Source: Macrostomum hystrix
Taxonomy: Eukaryota > Animalia > Platyhelminthes
Length of the DNA: 64,000 nucleotides
Assembly (NCBI GenBank): GCA_950097015.1
Contig: CATNEN010000003.1
Location: 11,346,001 to 11,410,000, forward strand
Direction: 5' to 3'
In this document: one piece after another, positions 14,111-59,475 of the stretch
Layout: each line of letters starts with the position of its first letter
How positions within the stretch are numbered: the first letter of the stretch is position 1
Program-made: the position numbers and the translations under genes
The notes under the pieces: generated by a model
Seen by the model: the letters and a program-made list of their open reading frames with translations, nothing else
Databases searched by the model: none
What the model was told of the DNA's origin: nothing

Positions 14111-14703
14111 CACACCTTCTAGTCCCACTCTCCGCTCTTAGTCTCACACTTTCCTATTCGTCCCGCAGTCTTCCCTGCAAATAGTATTTGTTTCTTAGTT
14201 TCTTCCCGACAATCGTCACAGTTTGAAATGTAAAATGAAATACTTTGCTATTCATATTTCAATCTATTAATCACTCTCTATAATTTTTATAGCAAAAGGA
14301 AAAAATCTATTTTGCGCATAATTTTTTAGCAACGCGATTTCCCAATATAGGGCCGAAAAGGAACTACAAAATCAGCAAACAGCTGTTTTAAAAAGCTCTT
14401 CTGGGCATATCTATAGCTGATCTATTTCTTCTGCGTAGAATACTTTTTCACTCCAAGTCCGTACTTTCAAATCCTCGGTGTGACTTTCTCCTCGGAATCT
14501 AGCCTTAGCTTCGCTTACATCGGTAAACTTGTCACAACGTCAGTTCAACTTACAACACTAGGATGTCAAATTTCGCAGAATTGTGAAAGAAGACGACTGT
14601 GAAAATAAAATAACTTTCAACTCTGCTTGCTTCCGTATATTTAGTTTTTCTATTTGCTGACGTCATCAGCATATATATAGAAATTTGACAGTTTTACACT
14701 CGA

Positions 14704-15157
14704 CTATCGGTTAGACACGGATTATCGGTTAGACACGGATTATCGGTTAGACACGGATTATCTGTTAGACACGGATTATCTGCAAGACACGGATTATCTG
14801 TTAGACACGGATTATTTGTTAGACACGGATTATCTGTTAGACACAGATTATCTGTTAGAAGGGATTATCTGTAAGACACGGATTATCTGTTAGACACGGA
14901 TTATCTGTTAGACACGGATTATTTGTTAGACACAGATTATCTGTTAGACACAGATTATCTGCTAGACATGGATTATCTGTTAGACACGGTTCATCTGTTA
15001 GACACGGATTATCTGTTAGAAACGGATTATCTGTTAGACACAGATTATCTGTTAGACACGGATTATCTGTAAGACATAGATAATCGGTTAGACACTGGTT
15101 ATCTGTTAGATACGGATTATCTGTTAGACACGGATTATCTGTTAGACACGGATTATC
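14704..15157. repeat. 18-bp minisatellite (TTATCTGTTAGACACGGA)
   Basis: Visible tandem units. Confidence 0.95.
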
Positions 15158-15970
15158 TCTCTTTTAGAATTATCTTTTAGGCCCCTGGCTCATTTAAAAT
15201 ATATTTTGAAAAAAGACAAAATAAAATAAAGTCGTAAATAGGAAATACGAACCTTGATAATTTTTGTATTTTCTTGAATTTTTCCCAATCTCTAAGAATG
15301 TTTTTGTGTATTTTTCAGCTTTCAATCAACCTAAGAACAGCAAAAAAAACAAAAAAGCATTACAAGGAAAATGTAATTAATGTATGAACAGAGATTTGCG
15401 ATTAATAAAGGATATTACAGTGATACCAATATGACACAATTTGATATAGATTTGTGATACATACACTACATTGCAGGAATCATAGTTACAAGCACTTTAT
15501 TCGCACAATAAAGCAGACAGAAATAAAATAGACAAAATTAAATTTTATTGCGTTTTTTATTTCATTATGTAATTGTGTAACACAGTGTACTGTACAGAAG
15601 ATAAAATGATAAAAACTAACTTTTGTAATTATTGCGAAGCAGTGAAACTTATTGCATCCAGTGAAGCAGGAACGGGTTATTGAAATTTATCTTTCTGGTA
15701 GAATTTTGAAAGGACAAAATTAAAAAATAAAAACAATATTCAAATTTGCCTACTGCTGTTAGTAGGCTTAATAAAACTTTTAGGGTTATTATTATAATGA
15801 GCCCAAACCAGAACGGATATAAAGCGAAAATGATGGCAAACAATTAGTATAATAATTTTTTTAATATAATGTTTTTCTTTTTTGAACGATAACAGTTCCG
15901 GATTAGAAGGAAAAAATTGTCAAGTCCTTTTTGGGATGCTTCTTTGGGCTTGGCAGTAATCAATCAGTTA

Positions 15971-33864
<17,894 letters not shown>

Positions 33865-34454
33865 CAGTGGGTGTGTTAAATAACGATTTGAAAAAAAACT
33901 TACAAATTTTCCTTCTTTAATTAGAAGTCTGCCGATTATAATTTATGCTGGCAAAATCATCCAAGAAATTATTTGGAAGCAGTCTTTAATACTAAATTAG
34001 TCGTTTGATCAAGTCAGTTCTAAGCTATTTTCGGGAGGACGTTAGCAGGAGAGCGGAGGAGGGAGGGTGTAGAGGGCCAAGTCACTAACCGTCCTACCCC
34101 CTCCACCGGGTCCGTATGAGCGGAACCAATGAATAGAGACTTAGGTTGAGGATCCTCCTAACCTTCCTACCTTACCCGTGCATACAACACTATAACTCTA
34201 GAGACGGTAGGTAGACAGCCTATTGGCTAACAACCCTACACAAATTCCTGAAAGTTTCTTTTTCTCATTTTAGCTGCCCTAGACTGACGCGTAGACAAAG
34301 TCATTGGAAATTGATTTACAATTTTATAAGCAACATTTGTAACTTACTCTCGAGATTGTATGCCAGGAAAATTCTAAATAGTTTATTGAAGTCAGACAGG
34401 ACGTTTATAATAGTGCTCTTGAAAAAAACATAAACTATTGTTGCCAAATTAATA

Positions 34455-35785
34455 AGAATGGCATAGGAGTGAGTAGAATGGCATTGGAGTGAGTAGAATG
34501 GCATTGGAGTGAGTAGAATGGCCTCAGAGTGAGTAGAATGGCATTGGAGTGAGTAGAATGGCCTCAGAGTGAGTAGAATGGTATTGGAGTAAGTAGAATG
34601 GCTTTGGAGTGAGTAGAATGGCCTCAGAGTGAGTAGAATGGCATTGGAGTGAGTAGAATGGCCTCAGAGTGAGTAGAATGGTATTGGAGTGAGTAGAATG
34701 GCATTGGAGTGAGTAGAATGGCATTGGAGTGAGTAGAATGGCCTCAGAGTGAGTAGAATGGTATTGGAGTGAGTAGAATGGCATAGGAGTGAGTAGAATG
34801 GCATAGGAGTGAGTAGAATGGCATAGGAGTGAGTAGAATGGCATTGGAGCGAGTAGAATGGCATTGGAGTGAGTAGAATGGCATTGGAGTGAGTAGAATG
34901 GCATAGGAGTGAGTAGAATGGCATAGGAGTGAGTAGAATGGCATAGGAGTGAGTAGAATGGCATAGGAGTGAGTAGAATGGCATAGGAGTGAGTAGAATG
35001 GCATAGGAGTGAGTAGAATGGCATAGGAGTGAGTAGAATGGCATAGGAGTGAGTAGAATGGCATAGGAGTGAGTAGAATGGCATAGGAGTGAGTAGAATG
35101 GCATAGGAGTGAGTAGAATGGCATAGGAGTGAGTAGAATGGCATAGGAGTGAGTAGAATGGCATAGGAGTGAGTAGAATGGCATAGGAGTGAGTAGAATG
35201 GCATAGGAGTGAGTAGAATGCAGTTGGAGTGAGTAGAATGCAGTTGGAGTGAGTAGAATGGCATAGGAGTGAGTAGAATGCAGTTGGAGTGAGTAGAATG
35301 GCATAGGAGTGAGTAGAATGCAGTTGGAGTGAGTAGAATGCAGTTGGAGTGAGTAGAATGGCATAGGAGTGAGTAGAATGCAGTTGGAGTGAGTAGAATG
35401 GCATAGGAGTGAGTAGAATGGCATAGGAGTGAGTAGAATGGCATAGGAGTGAGTAGAATGGCATAGGAGTGAGTAGAATGCATAGGAGTGAGTAGAATAG
35501 CCTCAGAGTGAGTAGAATGGCTTTGGAGTGAGTAGAATGGCATTGGAGTGAGTAGAATAGCCTCAGAGTGAGTAGAATGGCTTTGGAGTGAGTAGAATGG
35601 CTTTGGAGTGAGTAGAATGGCATTGGAGTGAGTAGAATAGCCTCAGAGTGAGTAGAATAGCCTCAGAGTGAGTAGAATGGCATAGGAGTGAGTAGAATGG
35701 CATAGGAGTGAGTAGAATGGCATAGGAGTGAGTAGAATGGCATAGGAGTGAGTAGAATGGCATAGGAGTGAGTAGAATGGCATAG
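34455..35785. repeat. 20-bp minisatellite (GAGTAGAATGGCATAGGAGT)
   Basis: Visible tandem units. Confidence 0.97.
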
Positions 35786-35814
35786 TGAGTTGGGGTGGGT
35801 AGAATAGGGGTGAG

Positions 35815-35920
35815 AAGCAAGTCAGGGCAGATTTGCTCACCTGTGAGTTTCTATGAGCCTCGTGCGCAGTAGTGTGTGCTCAGGGGTCAGCGTAACGGGC
35901 ATGCAAGACTGCCTCCTGAA
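35815..35920 (+). mobile_element. Fragment of SINE family B
   Basis: AGTCAGG.CAGAT...GTGTGTGCTCAGGGGTCAGC...TGCCTCCT. Confidence 0.55.
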
Positions 35921-36162
35921 CCGACTTATGATGAACTAGGGCTCATAGCAACAATGTCACTCGCGGGCCAGGGGTGGCCCTTTTGGAATTTTGTTGTTTT
36001 CCAATCTCTCTGATTAATAACACCCTTGATTTCTAATAGAGTTTTAAGGTAGACACATTTTTTTGCCCTATGCTTCGGTTTTCTCATTTTCTTCCCTGAT
36101 TAACTTGTTGGACGTCACTGAAAATGAGCTTGAAATAAGAAACTAATAAAAGCGGAGACAAA

Positions 36163-36590
36163 GGGAGATGAGACAAGAGAAAGGTGAGACAGGAGAGAGA
36201 TGAGACAGAAGAGAGATGAGACAGGAGAGAGATGAGACAGAAGAGAGATGAGACAGGAGAGAGATGAGACAGGAGAGAGATGAGACAGGAGAGAGATGAG
36301 ACAGGAGAGAGATGAGACAGGAGAGAGATGAGACAGGAGAGAGATGAGACAGGAGAGAGATGAGACAGGAGAGAGATGCGACACGAGAGAGATGCGACAG
36401 GAGAGAGATGCGACAGGAGAGAGATAAGACAGGAGAGAGATGAGACAGGAGAGAGATGAGACAGGAGAGAGATGCGACACGAGAGAGATGCGACAGGAGA
36501 GAGATAAGACAGGAGAGAGATAAGACAGGAGAGAGATGAGACAGGAGAGAGATGAGACAGGAGAGAGATGATACAGGAGAGAGATCGGAT
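36163..36590. repeat. 16-bp purine-rich repeat (GAGAGATGAGACAGGA)
   Basis: Same family as arrays at 40765, 53900 and inside the MITE. Confidence 0.95.
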
Positions 36591-37042
36591 AGATAGACAA
36601 TGGAGAGATGTATAACATGTAGGAAAAGCAGCTAATGTTACAACTTTTTCAGACTACAATTTACCAATGGCTAATCGCATTGAACCAAACTGTATAAAAA
36701 TGTGTGTTATATTCGGTTAACTATAATCGGCGGCTTTTGTTTTTTAAAAAATCTCAACATTTAAAAGCTTTCAAAAATATTTTCATAACTAAATAGCGAT
36801 ATACACAACCATTGTTCAGTTGATTTGTTTTGTTCAAATAAACGAGTGTTTATCAAGTAACTAAAATTACTATAATAATGTAAATTAAGACTGAGGTATC
36901 AAAAAAACATTTCGTTACCAAGATTTAATTTTGGTCATTTCATTTAGCAGAAAAAGCATTGCAGAAACTTTAACTTGGTAACTAAAACTATTATTTGACA
37001 GCAACCGTGAGATGAGACTGAAATTTTTTAAGTACGATAATT

Positions 37043-39650
37043 ATCCTCTATTCACATCCCAGATCCTCTTTTCAGATACCAGATCCTCTTTTCAGATCCC
37101 AGATCCTCTATTCACATCCGAGATCCTCTATTAACATCCCAGATCCTCTATTAACATCCCAGATCCTCTATTCACATCCCAGATCCTCTATTCATATCCC
37201 AGATCCTCTATTCATATCCCAGATCTTCTATTAACATCCCAGATCCTCTATTCAGATCCCAGATCCTCTTTTCAGATCCCAGATCCTCTTTTCAGATCCC
37301 AGATCCTCTATTCACATCCGAGATCCTCTATTAACATCCCAGATCCTCTATTAACATCCCAGATCCTCTATTCACATCCCAGATCCTCTATTCATATCCC
37401 AGATCCTCTATTCATATCCCAGATCTTCTATTAACATCCCAGATCCTCTATTCAGATCCCAGATCCTCTTTTCAGATCCCAGATCCTCTTTTCAGATCCC
37501 AGATCCTCTATTCACATCCGAGATCCTCTATTAACATCCCAGATCCTCTATTAACATCCCAGATCCTCTATTCACATCCCAGATCCTCTATTCATATCCC
37601 AGATCCTCTATTCATATCCCAGATCTTCTATTAACATCCCAGATCCTCTATTCAGATCCCAGATCCTCTTTTCAGATCCCAGATCCTCTTTTCAGATCCC
37701 AGATCCTCTATTCACATCCGAGATCCTCTATTAACATCCCAGATCCTCTATTAACATCCCAGATCCTCTATTCAGATCCCAGATCCTCTATTCACATCCG
37801 AGATCCTCTATTAACATCCCAGATCCTCTATTAACATCCCAGATCCTCTATTCACATCCCAGATCCTCTATTCATATCCCAGATCCTCTATTCATATCCC
37901 AGATCTTCTATTAACATCCCAGATCCTCTATTCATATCCCAGATCTTCTATTAACATCCCAGATCCTCTATTCAGATCCCAGATCCTCTTTTCAGATCCC
38001 AGATCCTCTTTTCAGATCCCAGATCCTCTATTCACATCCGAGATCCTCTATTAACATCCCAGATCCTCTATTAACATCCCAGATCCTCTATTCACATCCC
38101 AGATCCTCTATTCATATCCCAGATCCTCTATTCATATCCCAGATCTTCTATTAACATCCCAGATCCTCTATTCAGATCCCAGATCCTCTTTTCAGATCCC
38201 AGATCCTCTTTTCAGATCCCAGATCCTCTATTCACATCCGAGATCCTCTATTAACATCCCAGATCCTCTATTAACATCCCAGATCCTCTATTCACATCCC
38301 AGATCCTCTATTCATATCCCAGATCCTCTATTCATATCCCAGATCTTCTATTAACATCCCAGATCCTCTATTCAGATCCCAGATCCTCTTTTCAGATCCC
38401 AGATCCTCTTTTCAGATCCCAGATCCTCTATTCACATCCGAGATCCTCTATTAACATCCCAGATCCTCTATTAACATCCCAGATCCTCTATTCAGATCCC
38501 AGATCCTCTATTCACATCCGAGATCCTCTATTAACATCCCAGATCCTCTATTAACATCCCAGATCCTCTATTCACATCCCAGATCCTCTATTCATATCCC
38601 AGATCCTCTATTCATATCCCAGATCTTCTATTAACATCCCAGATCCTCTATTCAGATCCCAGATCCTCTTTTCAGATCCCAGATCCTCTTTTCAGATCCC
38701 AGATCCTCTATTCACATCCGAGATCCTCTATTAACATCCCAGATCCTCTATTAACATCCCAGATCCTCTATTCACATCCCAGATCCTCTATTCATATCCC
38801 AGATCCTCTATTCATATCCCAGATCTTCTATTAACATCCCAGATCCTCTATTCAGATCCCAGATCCTCTTTTCAGATCCCAGATCCTCTTTTCAGATCCC
38901 AGATCCTCTATTCACATCCGAGATCCTCTATTAACATCCCAGATCCTCTATTAACATCCCAGATCCTCTATTCACATCCCAGATCCTCTATTCATATCCC
39001 AGATCCTCTATTCATATCCCAGATCTTCTATTAACATCCCAGATCCTCTATTCAGATCCCAGATCCTCTATTAACATCCCAGATCCTCTATTCACATCCC
39101 AGATCCTCTCCTAGGATCCCAAATTCTCGAATATGATCCCAAATACTGGTCTTAGATCCCAAATACCCTCCTAAGATCCCAAATCCTCTCCTAAGATCCC
39201 AAATTCTCTCCTAAGTTCCCAAATCCTCGAATAAGATCCCGAATCCTCGAATACGATTCCAAATATTGTTCTTAGATCCCAACAAATCCTCGAATAAGAT
39301 CTTAAATTCTCGAATAAGATCCCAAATCCTCGAATAAGATCCCAAATCCTCGAATAAGATCCCAAATACTCGAATAAAGATCCCAAATACTCGAATAATA
39401 TCCAGAATCCTCGCCTAAGATCCCAATTCTCCTAAGTTCCCAAATCTTCGTATACGTATCGTAAGTACCTAGATCTTCGAATAAGATCCCAAATCCGCTT
39501 TTAAGATCCCTAATCCTCTCCTAAGACACAAATTTTTAATCTAAGATCAAATACATTCTCATGCTCTCATAGCTGTTCCCAAATTCTCTGTCAATATCCA
39601 AAATGCTTCCCTAAAGATCTTAAAACCACCTTTCAAGATCCTAAAATTCT
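37043..39650. repeat. 20-bp satellite (AGATCCTCTATTAACATCCC) with 200-bp higher-order repeat; degenerate tail after ~39110
   Basis: Marker variant TTCACATCCG recurs mostly every 200 bp. Confidence 0.97.
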
Positions 39651-40764
39651 AAAGTCATCTTAATACTATCCGGAAGTAGGTTTTAAAATGATTCTAACAG
39701 CTCTGATGCTAAACAGGGGAAAGTCACGAATTACATTAAGCATTGGATTACAGAATGTTAGCTGCAACTGAAAATGGACATTTACCACCCGCTGGGTTGA
39801 TTACACACTGTCGCCAAACTAAAGGCGAGAAAGGAAGCTGCAGAAGGAAAGGGGTCAATTAAAATTGAAATTTCACGAGAGAGAGAGAGAGAGAGACAGA
39901 CAGCGGAGACAGATATTGTGAAGGAGAGACCCATGAGGCCATGAAGGCAAGTCGTGAGCTGACCTGCCCTCCCCTGGTGAGCTTGGCGAGTAATTCCAGA
40001 AAATAAGGGAAATCTAGTAGCTGATTTCCTACACCAGGGGCTTCTAATTCTTTCGCCTCAAAAACCCATCTGCCATTCGCAGCGCCGCACGCACGCACAG
40101 AGACAACACTTGATCCTAATTTCCTCTTGTAAGAACCCAGCCTATACGCACCCTATACAGTCGGCGCTAACCTAATAAGGATTTTTCTGCCTTTTCGTGA
40201 TCAGCGTTTTTAAGGAAGGAAGCTGGGAGATGGTGAGAAACTGTGTGGATGAGACTAAATTAAAGTTGGCTGTTCAATTTAAAGAATTAGTCCCTTTTAC
40301 CTAGGGCTGCACGTACCCGCATCAACATATGCGCCCCGGCGGGACGTCAATTGATTCTTTCTAGCTCGAGTTGAGTAGCAGTGACCTGATGGGTATTTCG
40401 AGCATCGATATATAGAATCGCGACCTGAATCCCAACAACCATAATATTTTTGTGAGGTTTTAAGGAAACAGGATTGTCGCTATATAGCTAAATAAAATGA
40501 GTTTCTAAACCGTTTCTTAGAAAGACAATTTAAAACTGAAAAAATATGCTGCTTTTCACGAAATATTTGCGTTTGTATAGGCATGGAAAATTTTTATACA
40601 AAAAAAATTCAACAATGGCTCAGCACTTATAATATTGGTATAAGCTTTTTCTGAATCAGGTACAGGGCTTCGCTGACGATACTACTTACGCTATCCAGTT
40701 GCAGCTAATAGTGCTTTATCTCTCGATTGTCTCCTTCCGCATGTGATCTCAACTCTCCCGCTCT

Positions 40765-41600
40765 CTTATCTCATCTCTCCCTGTCTCATCTCTCCCTGTC
40801 TCATCTCTCCCTGTCTCATCTCTCCCTGTCTCATCTCTCCCTATCTCATCTCTCCCTGTCTCATCTCTCCCTGTCTCATCTCTCCCTGTCTCATCTCTCC
40901 CTGTCTCATCTCTCCCTGTCTCATCTCTCCCTGTCTCATCTCTCCCTGTCTCATCTCTCCCTGTCTCATCTCTCCATGTCTCATCTCTCCCTGTCTCATC
41001 TCTCCCTGTCTCATCTCTCCCTGTCTCATCTCTCCCTGTCTCATCTCTCCCTGTCTCATCTCTCCCTGTCTCATCTCTCCCTGTCTCATCTCTCCCTGTC
41101 TCATCTCTCCCTGTCTCATCTCTCCGTCTCATCTCTCCCTGTCTCATCTCTCCCTGTCTCATCTCTCCTCTGTCTAATCTCGCTCTGTATCATCTCTCCC
41201 TGTCTAATCTCTCCCTGTCTCCTCTCTCTCTCTGCATTATCTCTCCCTGTCTCATCTCTTCCACTGTCTTATCTCTCTCTCTCTGCATCATCTGCATCAT
41301 TTCTCCCTGCATCATCTCTCCCTGTCTAATCTCTCCCGGTCTCATCTCTCTCTGCATAATCTCTCCCTGTCTAATCTCTCCCGCTGTCTTATCTCTCCCT
41401 GCATCATCTCTCTCTTTCTCATCTCTCCCTGCATCATCTCTCTCTGTCTCATCTCTCCCTGCATCATCTCTCTCTTTCTCATCTCTCCCTGCATCATCTC
41501 TCTCTGTCTCATCTCTCTCTGTCTCATCTCTCCCTGTCTTATCTCTCCCCTGCGTCATCTCTCCCTGTCTTCTCTCTCCCCTGCGTCATCTGTCCCTCTC
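40765..41600. repeat. 15-bp repeat (TCTCATCTCTCCCTG)
   Basis: Perfect core, degenerate 3' part. Confidence 0.96.
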
Positions 41601-44600
41601 TTTAAACGTGTTGTATATAGTTTTAAAGCATGCAGTATTTAAAACTATGCACGCATAGAATAAAAGTGAATTGTAAATTGGCAAAATTTTCCGGTAGAAA
41701 CAAAAATTATGCAAACTTAAACTCTCATTTTCGACCTACACACTAAAGGTAGCATAACGCAATAGTATGAGAATTCTTAAAGGAAGGAATAAGTTTGTTT
41801 TACCAGTCGTACAACTCACGGCCATATTTCACATTCCTCAATGATATAGCTCGATAGAACGGTAAACGTGAGCGAAGCGAAATGATTGATTAACGTGTGT
41901 ACTATAGGAACTGCTGGTTGAAGAGCAACTTTTCTTATACAACATAATATATTCTATTCTGAGAAAGGCATGCTAAAAATTCCACTTTTTGCAGATCCCT
42001 TATTTCAAATCGAAGTGAAACAGAAAAAGATTGTTGTCGTATTATGGACTCGACTACACATTTAATTTTTTCTAGGATTCTAGAGCTGTGTGCAATAGAA
42101 AGTATTAGAAACGTGGATACTGCTATATGCAACAAGCTATTCAAAAGAAAATATCGAGATCGAACTGAGCTATAAATAAGTAATGGGTGGCATTGCTTGC
42201 ACGAGTTTTCGTGTCTGTAGATGCGTATTTTTCAAGGAAAACATACGCGCTACTGCTAGAAATGCAAATATACTATATATATTTATTAGTTTCGAAAAAG
42301 CGATCGATAAGTCATTTTCATGAGGTCAGCGCACGTCTTAAAAACTAACCGCTTCAAAGAGGAGGACATGAGTTTTTCTGTGCCGTTTTGATGGTTGCTA
42401 ACTTAAACACTTAATGTGATAAACAGTCAAACACTAACTTGAAAAAAACTGTGGAATACAAAGCAGTAAAAAGCTATTGCTACTACTGAAAAGTAGTACG
42501 CATAGCGAAAGTAAAACAAAAAAAGAAATTTCGACTCATTAGGTCGTTGTTGTTGTACAAAGCGTAATGGATAACGTTTTATAAGCTGCTGGAGCAGTAC
42601 TGTTTAAAAATTGCTTTGAAGGATGTAATGTAACTTAGTTAAGTCAAGCAACATTTCTCAATTAATAGAATCAGGAAAAGCTCGTAATTTAAATTATAAT
42701 ACGGCAGAAGGTATTGAAAAAGATTTTGGACTAAAATAAAAAGTTATATTCATAAATTGTAGGAAAAAGTAGGATATGGTTATGTCTTACATAAAAGCAG
42801 TATATCTTTGGTTAACTACTTGTCCTTTGTGTCGCTCGCTAATTTGAAATCGAAAGTTTAAATGAAATTTATCTTTTGAATGTGCACCGTGACATTTCAA
42901 CCATTGGGCGTGTCCCTGAGCGTGTGGTCAGTTTGCTTTCTTTTGTTAAACGGTCTCTATTGGTCACATTAACAGTGATATTTATTTAGAACGTGCAAAC
43001 GCATTTTACAATAAGAATGTCCAAAATATTAGGTTCCATCCTTGATAAGTAAAATGATATTGTAACTTGTAAGTTCTAAGTACCAGTCTAAGTTAGGGCC
43101 TAGGCCTATCATGCTTTTAAATTTACAGATATTTAAAAATCCTGTTTATAAAATGTAAATTTTATTTTCAATGCAAAAATGACTATAGTTGCTTGACAGA
43201 TTTTTCAGTCCATCTTTTTTCTTCAAGTTGACTCTTGATACAAATGATAGCAATATTTTTTCGTAAAAAAATATAAGTTATGTTATTTTCAGTTCATTTT
43301 TGTTGTTCTACTCTAAATGAAATAATTACAAAGCTAATTAATGTAATAAATGTAGTTGTGGCTGCCACACTTTTGAATTTACCAACACGAAGATATAGTT
43401 GAAATTATTGAGATAATATGAGATTATTACATTACATTAATGTTTATTTGACGACAAGGAACTGAGTGACGAACTACGACAACAAACTTAATTGAGCGAC
43501 TTGATCCCTGAGAACGCCCCCCAGAAAAGATGTGGAAAACTGTTAAAATTATCAGCAGCTTAAATATTAGCATAACAAAGTATTAACATTAAAATACAGA
43601 AGATGGTTTGAATAATAGGTGGACATACATTATAAATTATGATTTATTTTAACAATTGCACTGTTTTGAGGGAAAGGGACAATTTCATTACATTAATGGT
43701 ACAGCAATTTATTGTGCTCTGTATTTTGGTTTATGTATGTATTCTATATATCAAAAGAAAATCTACATTTTTAGCTTGTCTTACTTTCATATTTTAACAT
43801 TTTTATTTTAAGTAAGTCATAGTCACAATTCACATGTCAGTGTGGCAAGTCAGAGTCAGGCTATAATGTTGATATTATTTGCAACTTATCTCCTAGCCTC
43901 CCCATCATTTATTAGCTAAATTTGGTAAAGCTACCCATTGGTTATTGTCAAAGTTGTCATATTCTTAATCAATTGTCATATCTAGACCAGATGATGACTG
44001 ACAAGTGGGATCTTTGCTTTTTTTCTGTGCACTTATTATATTAGGCCAATATTTAATTTCAACATAATTTTGTGCTTTTTATCTTTGCCCATGGCCATAG
44101 GAAATATAGTTTGTTTGTGTCATTACACAAGACATTAATTTTCAGTTTCTAGCAGTAAAATGAGAACCAGCATCAGCTAAGATAGAATCTGTTGTATCTA
44201 TGGATTAAATAAACAGCTATATATAGCCATTAGAAGTTCAACAGTATAGCTAGGCCTATGGCTATGTGATTGTCCATAGAATCTATAAACTAGGCTATGT
44301 ATAAGTCCTATAACACATGTTTTATATGCCCCTATATATGTTATATGCATATTAAAAGCCCTATAGCTGCTGTAATAGTAAGTATAGATTATATCAAACC
44401 CACTAGATGGTTTTAAGAATTGTTTTTATAGTCACTATTTTGACACTTGTTCTTTAATTAGGGAGAACTCAAAACTGGAATACTTTGTTAATTCATTGAA
44501 ATTAGTATGTAAAGCAAGTGAATATTTTGAATTTCCAGGTTCCACTTACAACCAAATCAGTATTTTGATCAAATCGGCTTTCAAATTTGACATCTAGCAT

Positions 44601-44655
44601 CAGTTCTCAAAGAATTGAGTTTAAGTCAGGCAGGACTGCCTAGCTGATATTTGAC

Positions 44656-58059
<13,404 letters not shown>

Positions 58060-58709
58060 GCAGGCTACTGTGCGCGGCAGACTAAATCAACTCAAAATCT
58101 ACGTGTGTGTCAGTGTGTTAGATATTATGTATGTTCAAATAACTCATTTGTAAAGTCCGTATTCACGTATTGTCATCGATATATCAGATATGGATACAAA
58201 AGCATCTCCAATTGCTACTATTGAGCACGCTAAACTAGCTCGTACTAACACATTTGTATTTTGTGCAGCCATTTTGTGTTTCCATTTTTATTACTTTTTT
58301 ATTTTCTAAAGATAATACTGATCGCATTCGAAAAAATTTGTTAACTGTTTAACTTGTTTAAATTTTATTTGTCTGGCACAAGTTTTATTATTTTGAGGTT
58401 TAAATTTCTTTCGTTATTATTTCGGAATCTTTTATCGAGCGATGATTTTATGTTTTTTATTGTATTGCAGTGTGCTGCCAAACGTTTTTGGTATTTTTAT
58501 TTCCATACTCATGATTATTGCGTAAATTAAACGTACAGCTGAAATTTACATCGCTTTGAAAACGTAATTCGCAATTACGGGTTTCGCTGCCTAATAGTAG
58601 TTCCTAACTGCAAACTAAAATTGTTTCGTTTGTTATAAACGAATGTTATCTGTTTAGCTTGTTCGCTCTCCACGATCATTGGCCATGCATGTGATCGGAC
58701 GAAAAACAC

Positions 58710-59475
58710 CGCCACCTCACTCCCTGACAATGACACAGCCACTTCACTAGCTGACCAATGACACAGCCACTTCACTAGCTGACCAATGCCACAACCACCT
58801 CACTCCCTGACCAATGACACAGCCACCTCACTTCCTGACCAATGACACAGCCACCTCACTCCCTATCCAATGCCACAACCACCTCACTCCCTGACCAATG
58901 ACACAGCCACCTCACTTCCTGACCAATGACACAGCCACCCCACTCCCTATCCAATGCCACAACCACCTCACTCCCTGACCAATGACACAGCCACCTCACT
59001 CCCTATCCAATGCCACAACCACCTCACTCCCTGACAAATGACACAGCCACCTCACTTCCTGACCAATGACACAGCCACCCCACTCCCTATCCAATGCCAC
59101 AACCACCTCACTCCCTGACCAATGACACAGCCACCCCACTCCCTATCCAATGCCACAACCACCTCACTCCCTGACCAATGACACTGCCACCTCACTTCCT
59201 GACCAATGACACAGCCACCTCACTCCCTATCCAATGCCACAACCACCTCACTCCCTGACAAATGACACAGCCACCTCACTTCCTGACCAATGACACAGCC
59301 ACCCCACTCCCTATCCAATGCCACAACCACCTCACTCCCTGACCAATGACACAGCCACCTCACTTCCTGACCAATGACACAGCCACCCCACTCCCTATCC
59401 AATGCCACAACCACCTCACTCCCTGACCAATGACACAGCCACCTCACTTCCTGACCAATGACACAGCCACCTCCT
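58710..59475. repeat. 28-bp minisatellite (ACAGCCACCTCACTTCCTGACCAATGAC)
   Basis: Three alternating variants. Confidence 0.95.

Noticed and set aside
34020-34245. GC-richer island upstream of the PRDM14-like ATG, possibly a retroelement fragment or promoter
   Set aside because: No second copy in the window and no diagnostic motif
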